DNA from: Asterias rubens
Lineage: Eukaryota
Length of the DNA: 64,000 nucleotides
Reading direction: 5' to 3'
Assembly (NCBI RefSeq): GCF_902459465.1
Contig: NC_047070.1
Location: forward strand, 16,368,001 to 16,432,000
The notes beneath the pieces are model-generated. The model was not told where the DNA came from. It made no database searches and saw only the letters and a program-made list of their open reading frames with translations. Below, in pieces: positions 33,814 through 49,000 of this stretch; positions within the stretch are counted from its first letter, which is position 1; every line of letters starts with the position of its first letter. Both the position numbers and the translations under genes were made by a program.

Positions 33814-34522
33814 TTAATTGTATACAACCTTGCTTTTAAAAGAGCTTCATGAAATGTGGCTCTGTCCCTAAATCAGTTAAAAGACCAGACATTGTGTTAG
33901 TAGGGCACTATTCGAAAAGGAGAATGCTTTTTAAGACGTGCTTTGAGCGGTTGGCCCGTGTACAATCATGGAGCAATGGTACAATCTAACACATAACCCC
34001 CCCCCCCAATACAAATAATAATGGGGTAAGGACAAAACAGATGGGGCGTTGAAGGCAAACTAATCATTATTATTAAAAAGATAACGGACCCAAACACATT
34101 AAACCATTTTGTATTTTGTAATAATGAGCCAAGTGAGCTGAATACAAGCATCATTAACCGTCACCGTAGAGCAAGAATAATAGCAGCACATACAAAAAGT
34201 GCATAACGGTGTCTACAATGGAGTTTGAGTGTCATCGTAATGCATTTCGCAGCAGTCTTTTAGCTGACGAGGACTCCATATTAATAAAGTAGACGTAATT
34301 GATCATGATATTGTGTGCATTAACCGGCCTCTGTTTCCCCCTGACTAGACAAAGCTGTCTTCAGATTTTAATTTTCTCCAGGAGTCCAACACTATCGGTG
34401 GGAACTCGGAGTGCTGGATTGGAGAGGCCCGTCTGTACACATTGTTCATTAAGAGCCTAATGTCCAAGGTGATTTAGATCACTCAGGTGTACGGAACGAC
34501 CCAGCACTGACTCCCCCATCTT

Positions 34523-34524
<2 letters not shown>

Positions 34525-34563
<39 letters not shown>
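34525..34563. repeat. (TC)n microsatellite
   Basis: Pure tc dinucleotide run. Other microsatellites: (TATC)n ~5977-6003, (GATA)n ~18404-18435, (TTCAA)n ~16836-16866, (TTGA)n ~53925-53948. Confidence 0.95.
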
Positions 34564-34565
<2 letters not shown>

Positions 34566-35995
34566 ATTCAACCTCTAGATTGAAATTGCTTTTTGCCACA
34601 GTGGTTTTGGTTTAGTGGAGACGAACGTATTTAATTTGATGTACCAAGTCAATTAGTTTATTTCCCCGGCATAAACGTGTATAGTGCCTCTTGCCGCACG
34701 GTGTTTCTGTGCGCGAGAAGCAAAAAGACACGTCATGTAAAAATGTCAAGTAAGGCTTATCATCAAGATGTGGAAGCTGTGTGAAAAGTGTGCACATACG
34801 AAGCATTGAACCCTTTTATGCGTCTACAACACACGTTGTTGCCCTTCACCCCGCCCCTCTATGCAACTCACCACTCCCTATAACTCGCCCCTCCCCTAAA
34901 AAAAAAACACCCCCAAAATAACCACTACACATAAAAAACGGCACTCAGACGCGCCTTATGGGCTTTTTACATTATAACACCTCTTACAAAAAATTACAAA
35001 AAAATCTGCCATTTGATATGTCTTATTTTTAGTGGATACACGGTACATCCATAACAACAACATTCTGTAAAGACAAATCACAGGCATATTACTCGGGTAA
35101 AACCAAATGGTAAACCCCAAAGGAATACTTTTTATCACCAATGCAAATTTAAGATCTATTATTAAAACAAATATTGACTGCTTTTGGCGTGCTTTGCACT
35201 CGAACGAAGTAGTCAATATTTGCTTACTATGCGCAGCAACGCACGGACTGTTTGCACAGCACGCAGCAAGGTATGCCCCTATACAGAAAGGTCCGCATAG
35301 AACTCTAAATGTTTCATGTCTTTGTTATTTCTTTTATTGTTGTTTCCGAAAGGATTGGACGGAATTTTGATTCATCCACTGCCTGTATTTTTGTATAAAT
35401 GGTAAATTTTTAGTGTAACTTTTATATAACATAACTTTAGACACGTAAAACCAAAACGAATTTCACTGTACAAATATTTGCTTTTTACAAGTGACAATAA
35501 AACATTATTCTATTCTATGTTAAAATGTTCCGGATCATCAAGTTTCTTCGTTTTCAGATGACAATGACAGAGCCCTTTACACTGCTCTGTGTCGCCGCAC
35601 CGTCACTCTGTGTGGACATTCCTTTGAGCTGTACACTAACTTAAGGGAAATCCTACACTTCAATAGTGTAAAAAGACTGTGTGTACGTGTGTAAGTAAGT
35701 CCACATAGTGTTTTGAGTCCCTACATTTTGTGGACTTCTCTTGTTCTCATGTCCTTCCGGCTCTCTTTGAAAGAACATAGTTTTAGAGCAAGAGGTAATT
35801 TCTCACTCAGGTATTAAAAGACTTCGGACCTGAAGCCTTTTTTCGGCATCTGTAAAGCACACATTTTGTGCAACAAGGGTGTTTTTTCTTTCAGTATTCC
35901 CTTGCATTCTCGATGACTAATTGAGTAAAAGATGTCACAGATTTGTTTGTTTATGCATTTGTTGTGATACACTTAGTGAAAATACTGGTCTTTAA

Positions 35996-36371
35996 AGGCA
36001 GTGGACACTATTGGTAATTACTCAAAATAATTATTGGCATAAAACCTTTCTTGGTGACGAGTAATGGGGAGAGGTTGATGGTTTAAAACATTGTGAGAAA
36101 CGGCTCCCTCTGAAGTGGAGTAGTTTTCGAGAAAGAAGTAATTTTCCACGAATTTGATTTCGAGACCTCAGATTTAGTACTTGAGGTCTCGAAATCAACC
36201 ATCTAAACGCACACAACTTTGTGTGACAAGGGTGTTTTTTCTTTCATTATTATCTCGCAACTTCGATGACCGATTGAGCTCAAATTTTCACAGGTTTGTT
36301 ATTTTATGCATATGTTGAGAAACACCAACTGAAGGCTAGTCTTTGACAATTACCAATAGTGTCCACTGCCT
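35996..36371. mobile_element. Family-A MITE, full length, with duplicated right end
   Basis: ttaa|aggcagtggacactattgg ... ccaatagtgtccactgcct|ttaa; an extra terminal copy at 36381-36404. Confidence 0.8.
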
Positions 36372-36939
36372 TTAACAACTACCAAGGGTGTCCACTGCCT
36401 TTAACATTCGAATGCACTCACTGCTTTATATTGAACTAAGAAAATTAAACATATTTTTTACGTCACATCGTTATCGTTCGGTCAATTTAAATTTAAAACA
36501 TAGAAAAAGAAATAATAAGTCGTACAATCCGCCTTTAAAATGTAAAAATCGGTCAGATGGGGAGAGACGCAGTAATTTACTGTCTATATGTGTTACTCTT
36601 AATGACAGTAAGCTAGGCGCTCGTTTGTATCAGGCCGGTACTCGTCTGTAACTCCCACAACGGGGAAGTGCATACGAGTGTAACTGGTAACCTCTGGAAC
36701 GAAGCAGAGTGTGCATTCACCAGGGGCGAGATATTGCTCCGTCAGCGAACCGTGCTGTTGCTATATCTCCCAGGTGGCCTTTCATCATACCATAGAGCTA
36801 TACAGCCAACAGCTTACTACTCAGTAGTTGTAGAATAGAGGCGCAGCAAGTCTCGGTGTCACCTTAGTCACGGGCAAAGAGACGCTGCTCTCGTGAAGGT
36901 GTTCGCCGCTTTGGAGCGGCAGGGGATAACACAAAAGAG

Positions 36940-37071
36940 ATGGCGATCCATGGAGGACTGCGAGTCTTTGCGAAGCTTATAATCGTAACTGGAGCCACCC
37001 TTTTACTGCTGGGAATCATTGGGCTTGTGGTTGTTGCCCATTCAAATGATCACTACTGCGGCAAACAAGGG
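36940..37071 (+). CDS. ENTPD: NTPDase exon 1 (N-terminal TM)
   Basis: MAIHGGLRVFAKLIIVTGATLLLLGIIGLVVVAHSNDHYCGKQG then donor gtgagt; phase 0 matches exon 2. Confidence 0.75.
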
Positions 37072-40000
37072 GTGAGTGGTCATAAATTTCGTATACAATC
37101 ATTAAAAAAGTACCTTGATGTGATTTTGATAAACACCGGTCAAAAAAAATCACACAAAACGCTACATTGGCAGAGATGCCTATAGGTTCGCAACAAAAGA
37201 GCAAATCATTGAGGTTCTCAGGACAGATTTATGTGATTGAATACAAATTAAATTTTAGCTATTATTTACCAAATCATTTTCGTTGTCGATACCTTTGAAG
37301 TCTCTTACGTTATCACAATATTCTATTAAGTAAATATGCACAGAGCTACAGCCACGCCTAATGTACAACATTCTCATGCTGAGGCATACTCCACTCTAAC
37401 AACTCAGGGTCAGAATACTGAGGGGCCTGACTCGGTTTCAGGGTCCCAGTGCCTGACCCTTTTATTTGCCATACTGACTGTAGTGAAACTGGTTTATCAT
37501 TTTGTTTAACTCCGCAATCTTCGTCAGTTTGTTGACCCACCTCTGGGACATATTTAGGGTCATACCGATTTAGAAGTGGGTAGGCCACACGCGACCCGGA
37601 ATCCGGTCGATTCTATGCCGGGGGGTAAAGAGTGTAGTACACCAGCAAACTCTGGGTGCGTTCGTTTAGCTTCCCTGGGTCGACCCCGGTGTGTGGCGGT
37701 TTTTTTTTCCCAGGACGAACGTGGGTAATTATCTGCACACGTTCGTCCTGGAAGAAAACCCCGCCACACACCGGGGTCGACACAGGGAAGCTATACGAAC
37801 GCACCCTCTAGTAACTCTACGGTGTTGGGTTAACATTATGTGCGTATTGTTATCATGGTGGTTTCGTCATGCTAGAGACAACAGGTTCCGGGTCAAACAG
37901 ATTCACAAGTGGGTTAGGTCCCAAGGGATCCGGAATCCGTACATTCGTGCAACAAGGGTGTTGCTTTATTCTCTTGCAACTTCGATGACCAATTGAGTCC
38001 AATTTTCACAGATTTGTTACTTTATGCATATTTTGGGATACGCCAAGTGAGAAAACTGGTCTTTGACAATTTTACCAAATGTGTCCAGTGCCATTTGTGA
38101 CTTCTCATGCGCACGTAACATGGACACAATAACACCACAGAAAGTTTTTGTTTACCTTGGCAGTCTAACACCTTTAAACATGTATGAATCAGCACAAGCC
38201 ATGAGCTTATACAACATGATAACATTAAAGGCAGTGGACACTATTGGTAATTACTCAAAATAATTATTGGCATAAAACCTCACTTGGTAATGAGTAATGG
38301 GGAGAGGTTGATGGTATAAAACATTGTGAGAAACGGCTCCCTCTGAAGTGCCATAGTTTTCGAGAAAGAAGTAATTTTCAATTTGACGTAAGAATTACTG
38401 ACATGTCTGGAAATTAAATAATCACAAACTCCCAGGGCCCAATATTAAACAGAAGATTTACAGCTGAGCATTATATAATTATTGTTCAACGATGAAGTAA
38501 GAGGAGAACAAGTCCCAATTGAGAATCAGTCCCAAATAAAAACAGATCTCATATTTAAAATTTCTGGTTATAACTTTCTTGTGTTTTCCCTGTTTTTTTT
38601 TTATTTGCGCAAATCATCTTTAATATTAACGCGCTCAAAATTCCTGATGACAATTATCACTCAGGTGTTAACTCGGTTAACATTATTGGAGTTGGTTACA
38701 TTGCCGCGATCTACATACTCTCCCAAAACAAATGTTTCATAGATACAAACAAAACAATCAGAAACACCGATTCAATAAGTTAAAAAGCAAAAAGAAAGAA
38801 AAAAGAAACACATCTAAAAATGGGCGTAAAATAATATTGTGGCACAAAAACGTAAATCTGTAAGAATGTATTTCCTTCCTCAAACGCGGTTATATGCGGT
38901 CAGTCAGAGATTACACTATACTCAATAGTCATAAGCACCAGTGAAGTAATAATAATGTCGACTTCATATTGCCTATGGCTTACATCAACACTCAGTTATT
39001 ATTGATCTCGTGGAGAAGTAATAATAAAGCACCCTGACTAATATGACTGCAATAAAACGCTGATGACCGTGACAATCACCCAACTAATCACTCAATGTTA
39101 CCGGGGGGTGGGCTACTGGTAAACCACGCAGAAAGGTAACATACTGAGATATCCCAACGAATCAATATACATGTACTAGAAATTGCTTCTGAATTACTTG
39201 AACAGAACAGCGCCACAGAAGGGTACTACATTGCTAGAGAAATAGTGGGATCGTTTGGGTTGTTGACTTACGGCAAACCATACGATGTAAATGCATGTAC
39301 AGGACAGATTTGTGATTTTGGTTTTCTTCTTCCCCTGGAGGAGGAATTTGTTTCAAACTATAGGAAAGATGTGTACGTCGATGATTGCTTGAGATAGTGA
39401 TGTGGCCTTCAACTGTAGTAAGAATGATGTACGTTGAACACATGGGATAAGCTCTGCTTGCAAACAAACTATTAATTATGCCGACAAGAGGGAAGCCACA
39501 GAGCCCACTTTCATGCGCTTGTTATAAAGCATACAGAACGTAGCTTAGCACACTACTTACCAGAATGAGCTTACCAGTCAAGCATTCATGTCCAATAACT
39601 GGTATCCTACTCCTTTTTGCTACAGTACAAGCAAGAAGAGGCACCCGAATTCAAACACGAAACACCCAAAGGTCCCAAGTGGTTATTTTGCCAAAGGTGT
39701 GTTCTTTAATGTTTTAGTTTAAATAAAATCATGTTGATAAAAGACCCTTTATATCTGACGTCACAATCAACGACCATACTGAGGTCAGTGAAGACCTTTC
39801 ATTGGTTGAGAGTTGTGCGCTGTGCAGACACGCGTCGAGTTTCCACTGTTTGACATCAGGAGTGCGTTTTGGCGACCCCAACCAAAAACTATTTCGGTTG
39901 TTGGTCGTTGGTTGTGCTGTTCAGACTGAACGATAACCGAGTTGTGAGCTCGGTTACCGTATTGGTCATTGCGTCAGAAACATATTTTGGTTGGGGTCGC

Positions 40001-43000
40001 CAAAACGCATTCCAGGCGATGGCGACATGCACTCTATGACGTCACAAGATCCAAACAGTGCCCTCACCGAGGTCAACAAATGCCTTTGAAAGAACTGAGA
40101 TTGACCTTAACCCTGTGCATGCCCCAAGCAACTCGCATATCACCCAAAGCAAAATATGATGTTATAAATTGATTCCCTCTAGGGATTGATTTTTACAAAG
40201 CACGAAGATTCATCTTCAAGATGAGTTGTCAATATCGCCATAGTGATTGCGACTTCACACTTCGCGAAGCAATTAAGATTGATGCAAAGATCAATCTTGA
40301 GGCTCTGTTTGAAAACGGCCCCTGGGCAGAGCAGAGTTTTATTCTATAGCAACAACAAAACATGCGTAGAGCCTGGCTCAAACTTCCTGTCGCCTGCGAG
40401 GCGAATGCGCAGCGAGCTTCGGTGACGCACTAATCGGTACGCCCCCCCTTTCCAGTTGTGACGCAATTGCGCAATTATTGTGCCTTATAAAACGGGGCCG
40501 CCATGTTGATGAAATGTCTCACACCTTGCTCGTTTCGTGTATAGGCAAACATATTGACTGGTGTGTTTATCGAAAGCAATACACAGCCGTTCTTTCGAGC
40601 ACAAATCCCATGTTATCATGCATGTTATGAAATGATTCACGTAGGCGTTTTAAACAAAGAATCAAGATCATAAAGAACATCAAATCAACACTATTTAACC
40701 CTCCAAACACAGTGTAGATCAGCCCACCCCAATTCGGAATCGCCCACCTGGGTAGTATGAAACGTTTGCACTTAAGCACCTTGTTGAAGAATTATGTATA
40801 GGCCTATACTACATTCTACTTGCGGCTTTCAGCCATTGTCATACCATTTTCACTCTTACCTGTTCGTACCCAAGGGGGCCAAGTGTTTTGATCCCTATCC
40901 GTTATCCAGGGAGCACCTTCTCTACCAAGTTCAAAGTGTGAAATTTCGGATCAAACAGGTGCCGTGGAAGTTGTGTTGTTGTTTATGCTCAGCAGGGGCA
41001 CTCTGTGTGTTTGTCTTGGCTTGAAAATGTTTGATAGAAGGGCTTTCTCTTCCTTTGGGGGGTAGGTGGGCGGGGGAGTCTGCCTAGTGACCCAGATAAT
41101 GGGACCGCGTCTCACTGGGACATAGAATTCTGGTCAAGTCTGATCTCATTTTTAGTACATTGGGATGAATGGGTTCTACATGGTTCTACCATAGCTCCAT
41201 GGTTTACGAGCATGGCGTTGGAGTTTCTAGTAGGAGGTTAAGCTGCACGTTCAATGAACTTCAGAAAAATGTGTCGTAAAAATCCCACGTTTTTTAGCAT
41301 ACGTGAAGTTACAATTGTTCACGTCAGGTATGCACGTGCGCGCAGACGTCATACGCGAGCATAAAATGACCCCAAAGTGGCGACGTCACCCAGAAACAAC
41401 ACACTTTTTTGACGCTCACGTTCACGTATTTGCTCGCTAGTAGGCCCCCTACCTTTGATCTACTGGCTGATAGAACTCCTTCCTGGTTTCTGCTAATTGT
41501 GTTGCTTTGTTCTCTCTGCTTTTGTTCCTGGTGTTATTGAGTGCTGTTATTGCTTTTATGGGGTTTGTTCTAGATTTTTGTCTCGCCCTTGTTTTGTGTA
41601 TTGCTTTTTCTACAGGGCCCCAGGGAGAACCGCCTTTTTAAACTAATAGGGCTACCCAGTATAAATAAAACTTAACAAAAATAATAATCATACCCTTGCT
41701 CAACACCTTATAGAAACTTAATTGTCTTTGTAATGTAAAATTTGGAATAGAGTAAACTGTTACCATAAAGTGCTGACTTTCACAACTTTGTCATGTCCTA
41801 CTTCGTACTGCCAAAGCATCAGCGATGCCATTAACTGCGATTTGTTCATCCATTCGTCATCACCATTTGAGTCTCAGCAGCTGGAAGAAAGTGCTAAGAG
41901 AACTCATCAGTAGAGGATTTCATATCCTGAGGAACTGGATATACCATCTGGATGAAGAAGTTGCTTGTGTCCTTGCTCTATGCTTAAAGGCACATGACCC
42001 ATTTTGGTAATTGTCAAATACCAGTATTTTCACTTGGTGTATCTCATAAAAAGTATAAACTAACAAACATGTGAAAATGTTGACTCAATTAGTCATTGAA
42101 GTTGCAAGAATGAAAGAAAAAGCACAATTAATACATGTGCTTTCAGATGCCGAAAAAAAGGCTTCAGGTCTGAGATCTTTTAAAATATTTGAGTGAGAAA
42201 TTGCCTCTTTCGCAAAAACTACGTTACCTCAGAGGGAGCCGTTTCTCACAATGATTTATACCATCAATAGCTCTCCATTGCCAAGTGATTTTGTTTGCTC
42301 ACAATTATTTTGAGTACTGGTAATTACCGATAGTGTCCAGTACCGTTAAACAAACACAGCGTCAATTAAAGTCCGAGTGTTTTTCAGGGACACCGTCGAT
42401 AATGTTGAAGACAGCGATGTCTACTGATGAATTCACAAACAACATTCGTTCATTTAATCTTTCACAATTTTCTTGATCTTGATATTTTTACTGCACAAAT
42501 CGCCTCAGATGTAGCTGTTGACGTGCTGTCCCACGTGCATCGCTAAATTTTGCATTTGTCTAGCTTGATCTTAAACGCTTGGACATCTGCGTGGGCAGAA
42601 AGATTGCCTGTAGCAGTCCTTGTTTGTTTTGGGGGATTGGAACATTTAGTTCGTGAGATGAGCGTGTGAGTTTATGCTGATGTAGTTTAACTTGCAGGTG
42701 ACTGATGCTGTTTGGAGTGAGACCATGAACTTCCTTGTAGATTGTAACTAGACGTGATTTATTTCTGCGAACAGCCAGTTCGTCCCAGTTCAGTTAATTC
42801 AGCTCAAGTAAAAACAAGTGATCCTCTGTTTGTTTTGTTATCGCAAACACTGACGTGGACCCGGGCTTACTTGCACTGTACTTTCAGCTTTCCCAAACCC
42901 ACCGCGTCCCACCTTGATGCCACCTTGCCGAACCATGACGGGTGACATTTTGAGATGCGGGAAGTGCGGAACCGAAGTTGATGTAGACTACCTTTGTGCT

Positions 43001-46000
43001 TAAAGGAACTGGACACTATTGGTAATTACTCGAAATAATTGTTAGCATAAAAACTTACTTGGTAACGAGCAATGGAGAGCTGTTGATAGTATAACACATT
43101 GGGAGAAACGGCTCTCTCTGCCGAAACAACGTAGTTTTTAAGAAAGAGGTAATTTCTCACTCAAATAATTATTAAAATACCTTTGTTAGGCATCTAAAAG
43201 CACACACATGCAAGTTTTTTTTAAATATATTATTCTCTTGCCACTTTGGTGACCAAATGAGTCCAAACTAACACATTATTTTAATTTTATGCATGTTGTT
43301 TCAAACCAATACTTTTTTTTACCAGACACTCAGACGTGTTTCGGACAACCATAATCTCTTTCTGATTTGCACGCGTCATGTTTACAAAATTGAAAACGCA
43401 CGTGTAGAAATGTCCGTGTTTATCTCTCCCTGAATACTCGATCTCTATAGACTTCGGAATGGAAAACATGATAAGCCTCAATCGGCAAAGAACTCTCTTT
43501 AGGAAAAGGAGTGTTCTTAGCGCATTGTTACACTGTGCCAAAGGTGATGTTACTTGATCTAGACAATTAATTTTCTCTGCAAGTCTGCTGGGAATTAAGT
43601 ACTCAATCCCCAGTATTAGGTATCAAGCATCCCCAGGATATCACAAATGTTAGATAGATATCTCCCCGTCACAGACAGGAAACATTTACTTCATACTGAC
43701 TTGACAATAAGAGATACATACATTGTAGAAATAAAGCAAATAATTAGTCAATACATGCAATTCACACTGCTTGATTCCCTGAAAATGTATGTACATGTAC
43801 ATGAGTCAATATGTAGGAAAAAGTGAAACAAACAATGCTACTCTACTATTACAAATCATAACCATACCACCTATTTGCATAATGGAATATCCCACACAAT
43901 TATTTACTAAGAAAACATCTACAGACGGTACAATCGCATCATTTTTGTTGACTTATCCAAAACTCAATACAGAGATCTAGATTTAAACATTGATTATTAT
44001 TTGTGTCTCACGCTGATAACTATTAATAACAGACCCAGTGTGTGTATACATACTTCAAAGAATTTGTTTTTATTTTTCGGTAACTGTTGAAGGCCAGTTG
44101 TCTCACTTAATGTACTACAACATTATGCTTGAAGAACAAATTTGTGGACATTTGGGCTCAAGTGGTCATCAAGTTGCAAGAAAATAGTAAAAGAAAAAAC
44201 AAAATGTTTGCACAAATTTGTGTGGTTTTAGATGCATTAGAAACACGAAGCCTCTCAGATTCAAATATTTTAGTGAAAACAATTTACGTCTTTCTCAAAA
44301 TCTGCGTTACTTCAGAGAGAGTCGTTCCCCATAATGTTTCATACTTCCCAATAGCTCTCCATTGCTCATTACACCAAGTAAGTTTCTATGCTAATATTTT
44401 GAGTAACTACCAATAGCGTCAAGTACCTTTAAAGATAAAGCTTTTATAGCACTGTGAAATCATGTCTAGGTTCACCGACATACTGCTGGGAAATTCCAGC
44501 CGGACAACATCGCTGGCATAGCTGGGATAAAACGATCGTCAAATTTCACAAAAACACTTTATTTAGAGCGGTAAATGTATCGGAGTTCACAAACAGTTAC
44601 ATCGGATAGGTTATCCAAATATACTGTCATTTAGGAGAAAAATTAGAAGATGACATTTTCGAAATCTGGGTATTGATCTTGCACCGGCTCAGACTATTAA
44701 TGCCCGCCATTTTTAAGCAATTTTTATTCACGCAGTATATTATACTTCTGCCTCTCGCCCAGGTATTAGTTAAAAAGCAGAACTGAGAAGTCTCCCGAAA
44801 AATCCGAATATTTTACTCCGCGGTAGTAGAATAAAGCAAGAACAAACACTGCCTGAAGTAGATACACACATGGTGTTACCGCAAACCAAACATATTATTC
44901 ATACCTCACCATGCAATGCCTCAAATCCCATATCGGTTATTCAGTTAATTCAATTTAAATGTTCTGTTTTTTTCTTCTTTTTAAGTACGGTGTGGTTTTT
45001 GATGCCGGTTCATCACATACATCGATGGCAATTTACCAATGGCTTGGAGAAACCACAAATGGAACAGGAATTGCATCTGAAGTTGCTTATATCTCAGACT
45101 GTACTGAAGATGGTGAGGTTTTAATATTATATCAAAGTCTTATATAGCACATGTATCCACCGACAAGGTACTCAAGGTGCTTATTATATATACATTTACA
45201 CAGAAAGAGAGGTCGTTGAAAGTTATGAATTCTGAGACCCAATTAGTTAGCACCTTATAAGGGTTTACAAGGTGCTACGACGAATTCCGCAGCCATGTTT
45301 AGGAACACCGGCGAACCCCATCTCTTTTCGATAAGTGCACTGGGTTCTTTTTACATGCGTTACACAACACATGGGACCAACGGCTTTATGTCCAATCCGA
45401 AGGACGAAGCAATGGTTAAGCGTCACGGATGGAATCATGTTTTTTGTTGGTTTTTGTTATTTTTGTTTTTAACAATAGGGCCTTTAAAGGACCTTAAAGG
45501 GACTTTTAAGTTGTAAAACAAAAAGGAGGCTAGTGTTGAACAAGTAGGTCTACTTGTTTATTATTGTAAAGAAATTGTTAACTCTATAAAAATAAATATT
45601 GATAACTCTGAAACTAAATTGATAAATCTGAAAATCAAGTGATAGCACTGAACAAAAAGAATTGATTACTCTACTCCGTAATCCAGTAAATTATAAAACC
45701 AAAAAGTTATTCTTAATTTTTGTTTATTTTGCTGCGCATTTTTCTATGTAACACATAATATTGCATTGCATTTTTTTACCACTGACATTCCAATGCAAAA
45801 CATTGACAACGTTTATTATTTGATCAATTCATCAGACGCCATTTTGTTAAAAAATAAACGGACAAAATCCTTCCTGGGTTTTCCAGATTCTCCAGTTTAA
45901 TTAATAGAAGGGCATTTTCATTAGTAGCTATATCGTGTACATTATCTTCATGAACGACCTCGTTCATTAAAGAGAAGAGAACCGAAAAGTCATTTTGTTA

Positions 46001-49000
46001 AATTTTATGCCTTATAAAAAAAATACCAGTTGATCGTCCCCTCCCTCATCCGATTTTAAGGCCTCATATTCGTTTATTATATTTTTTTCTTTAAATACAC
46101 ACACACTCAAAAAATTGTGTATTTCTCGTAATCTTTTTTATATGTTAAGAACTTGTAACTACATAAAGTAAGTGGTGACTTTAAACTGAGGATATAGTGG
46201 CCAGTTTGAATTTAAATGCTTAGCAGCCACCTTTGAAATACATACAAAAATAAAAAATAAATAAAAGGCCATCATCCTCTTTCTTTAGATACCCGGACGA
46301 TCAACTATTTTTTTGTTTTACTTTGCCTACTGTATAAAGAGACGGTGACAAATTTGCCCTAATGGCTCGACAATCAAGTTGTATATACTTATCAATCTAT
46401 CCTCATTACAGTTCAAAGGGATTTGGTTAAAAGACTGCTTAGTTGACTAAATTATGTAGGATTTGTGTTTTGCAGGAATAGCGACCCGTCCTGATGACCA
46501 GGAGGCTATAGCCGCAGGCTTAGGGCAATGCCTCAACACAGCAAAGCTAGCTGTACCCGATTTCAGTCACGAGTATACCCCTGTTTATCTGGGTGCAACG
46601 GCGGGTATGAGGATGTTAGCGTAAGTATAGGGAGCGTGCGTTTAGCTTCCCTGGGTCGTCCCCGGTCTGCCCCGGTACGTTCGAATAGCTTTGACGGGGC
46701 TCACCCGGGGCATCCCCCAGTGCCCTGCTTGTGGAGTGGGTCACTTGGGGGTGACCCGAGGAGCATGCCGTCACCATGAGAGGGCGAGTGTGATCGTTCG
46801 ATTAGCTCTTGTCAGGGGCTCACCCGAGTGAGCACCGCGGGGTGGCTAAACGAGGATGGACTGCGGTTAGGTCGGGGATGTCATTTTGACATGAGCTTTC
46901 CAATAGATGCCCAAACAGTTCACTCCTATCACGTGTGCGATATAATTTAACTGTGTGTCGCTATGTGGAATGAATGTATGTCAAAGGTGAATGTACACGC
47001 TGGTCTGGAGGCAGGTCTCTGGCGTTATTCACGAGGCTCGAAGTGTGACGTCAGATGTTAGTCACAGTGTTGAGTGTTAGATTTATCCCCAACCCCATTT
47101 TTATATATATATATTCTAGATTTTCAAAATGTGACATATATTGTGTAACACTTTGTTTCTATATAGGTGGCTTCAAACCGTAACATTTTACATTTTCCCC
47201 ATGATATTTTCCAGTGAAACATTTCCAACCAAGACCGATACGATCATGAAAACAATCCGGAAGACTCTGGCTGACAGTCCGTTCAGCTTCGAGGATGAGC
47301 AGAAACAAGCTAGGATACTCACCGGGCAATCGGAGGGAAAGGACGGGTGGGTTTCCGCCAACTACCTCGCTGGCAATCTCGGAGTGGTAGGTTTCTATAC
47401 ACTAAAAGGTGTACATCTAATGTACAGTTCACTGAAATTTGTCCGTTTACGAGAAGATTCTGATCATATTCCAGAATTAATCATCACTAATTAGAGGGAT
47501 ACGATCAAAACAGGCCTGTTAGTGTGCGGCATGGAATAATGAACTAGACCCTACACCATGAGTATGCTAATTACATTTACGCATGCGTACATACACTCGT
47601 GGTTGGCAAAGGCCAGAACAGACTTGACCTAAATTTAAAACATTCCCGACAATACCCCCAATATGCATCCATTTTGTATAAAATATAAATGCACCATATA
47701 GATAATGGGAGTTTTACTTACTATTACAGGTGCCTGCTTCTGGTAGCAAAAGCAGTATCTTTTCACCGAGGAAACCTATTCCACCCAGGCCAACATTTGG
47801 TGCTTTAGATTTTGGAGGAGCGTCTTTACAAATCTCTTTCATACCGGAAGATCCGAGCAGTGTACCCACGAGCAATCTCGTCAAACTCCGCCTGTACGGC
47901 ACGGACTACCAAGTCTACACACACAGCTATTTGTGCTACGGAGCGAACGAGATACGAAGGCGATTTGAGGCATCTTTAGTAAAAGTAAAAAATAATGCTG
48001 TTTTTCCTTTAAATATTTGAACTTAAACCAAAATGAAAATCAGAATGTAATCTGACTTAACGGGACTACCAAGAGTTGCTGTCTTTCATATTGGTCCTTC
48101 CCGGTGTCATTATAGGGAAATAATAATGTCCACAATATGAAAAGGTTACATGTACTGATGGTGGATGATCGAGGGCGCTATCCAAATACTTGTGTAGGCT
48201 AAACAGTTCGCCGTATGGGGACAGAATCTCAGGAGGGGCGGGGGCGGGGGCGGGGGCGGGGGCGGGGGTGGACACAGAATCTCCTGTCATTACCGGCACC
48301 AATTTACATCAGTGTGTTTCTCGTACCACGAAAGTAGTGCGCTTTTGTCGTTTTGGCGATATATTTTAGCTGGTTTCCTACCTCATAAAGCATTCTCCTT
48401 TTACCCAGCCCACAGTGCCCTTCTTTGTGTTCGGAACATGAACTTTCCAAAAGTGACGTAATTTCCGTAATTTATTCAGGCTTATCACACACTGTATGTT
48501 TTGATTTTTCTTCATTATTGTTACACATGCGTCTATCAAGCTTCATTTTTATATTTGAATAATTCAGAACTCTGGTTACTCGAGTGTGTTATCGAATCCC
48601 TGTTCGCCCAGCGGTTACTCCTACACAGTGAGCGGGGCTGATATATGGAAAGCCCCTTGCAGCAGCGGCCCAGCGGACATGATGGATGACGCCATTTTTA
48701 CACTCAACGGGACAAGTGATCCAGACGGGTGTTATAATGCGACCAAGAGGCTGTTTGACTTCGGCGCTCCGTGTGCCGAGCCCCCGTGCTCCATCGACGG
48801 CGTGCACTCACCACTTCCCTTCGGATCGTTCAAGGTTTGTTTGTTGGTACTTATCAGTTTTGTCTCTGAAGAGCACGAACTCATACACGAGCCCCGACCA
48901 AATTGCATGGCTCTGCTTACCGTAAGCAAAGAATCGGCGCTTACGGAATCAGGGGACACTTAAGCCAATATAGACTGGTCCCCTTTTTTTATCATCAATG

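Noticed and set aside
39200-39470. Tyrosine recombinase motif (QICPVHAF) on the minus strand
   Set aside because: One short motif among stops; no other catalytic residues identifiable.
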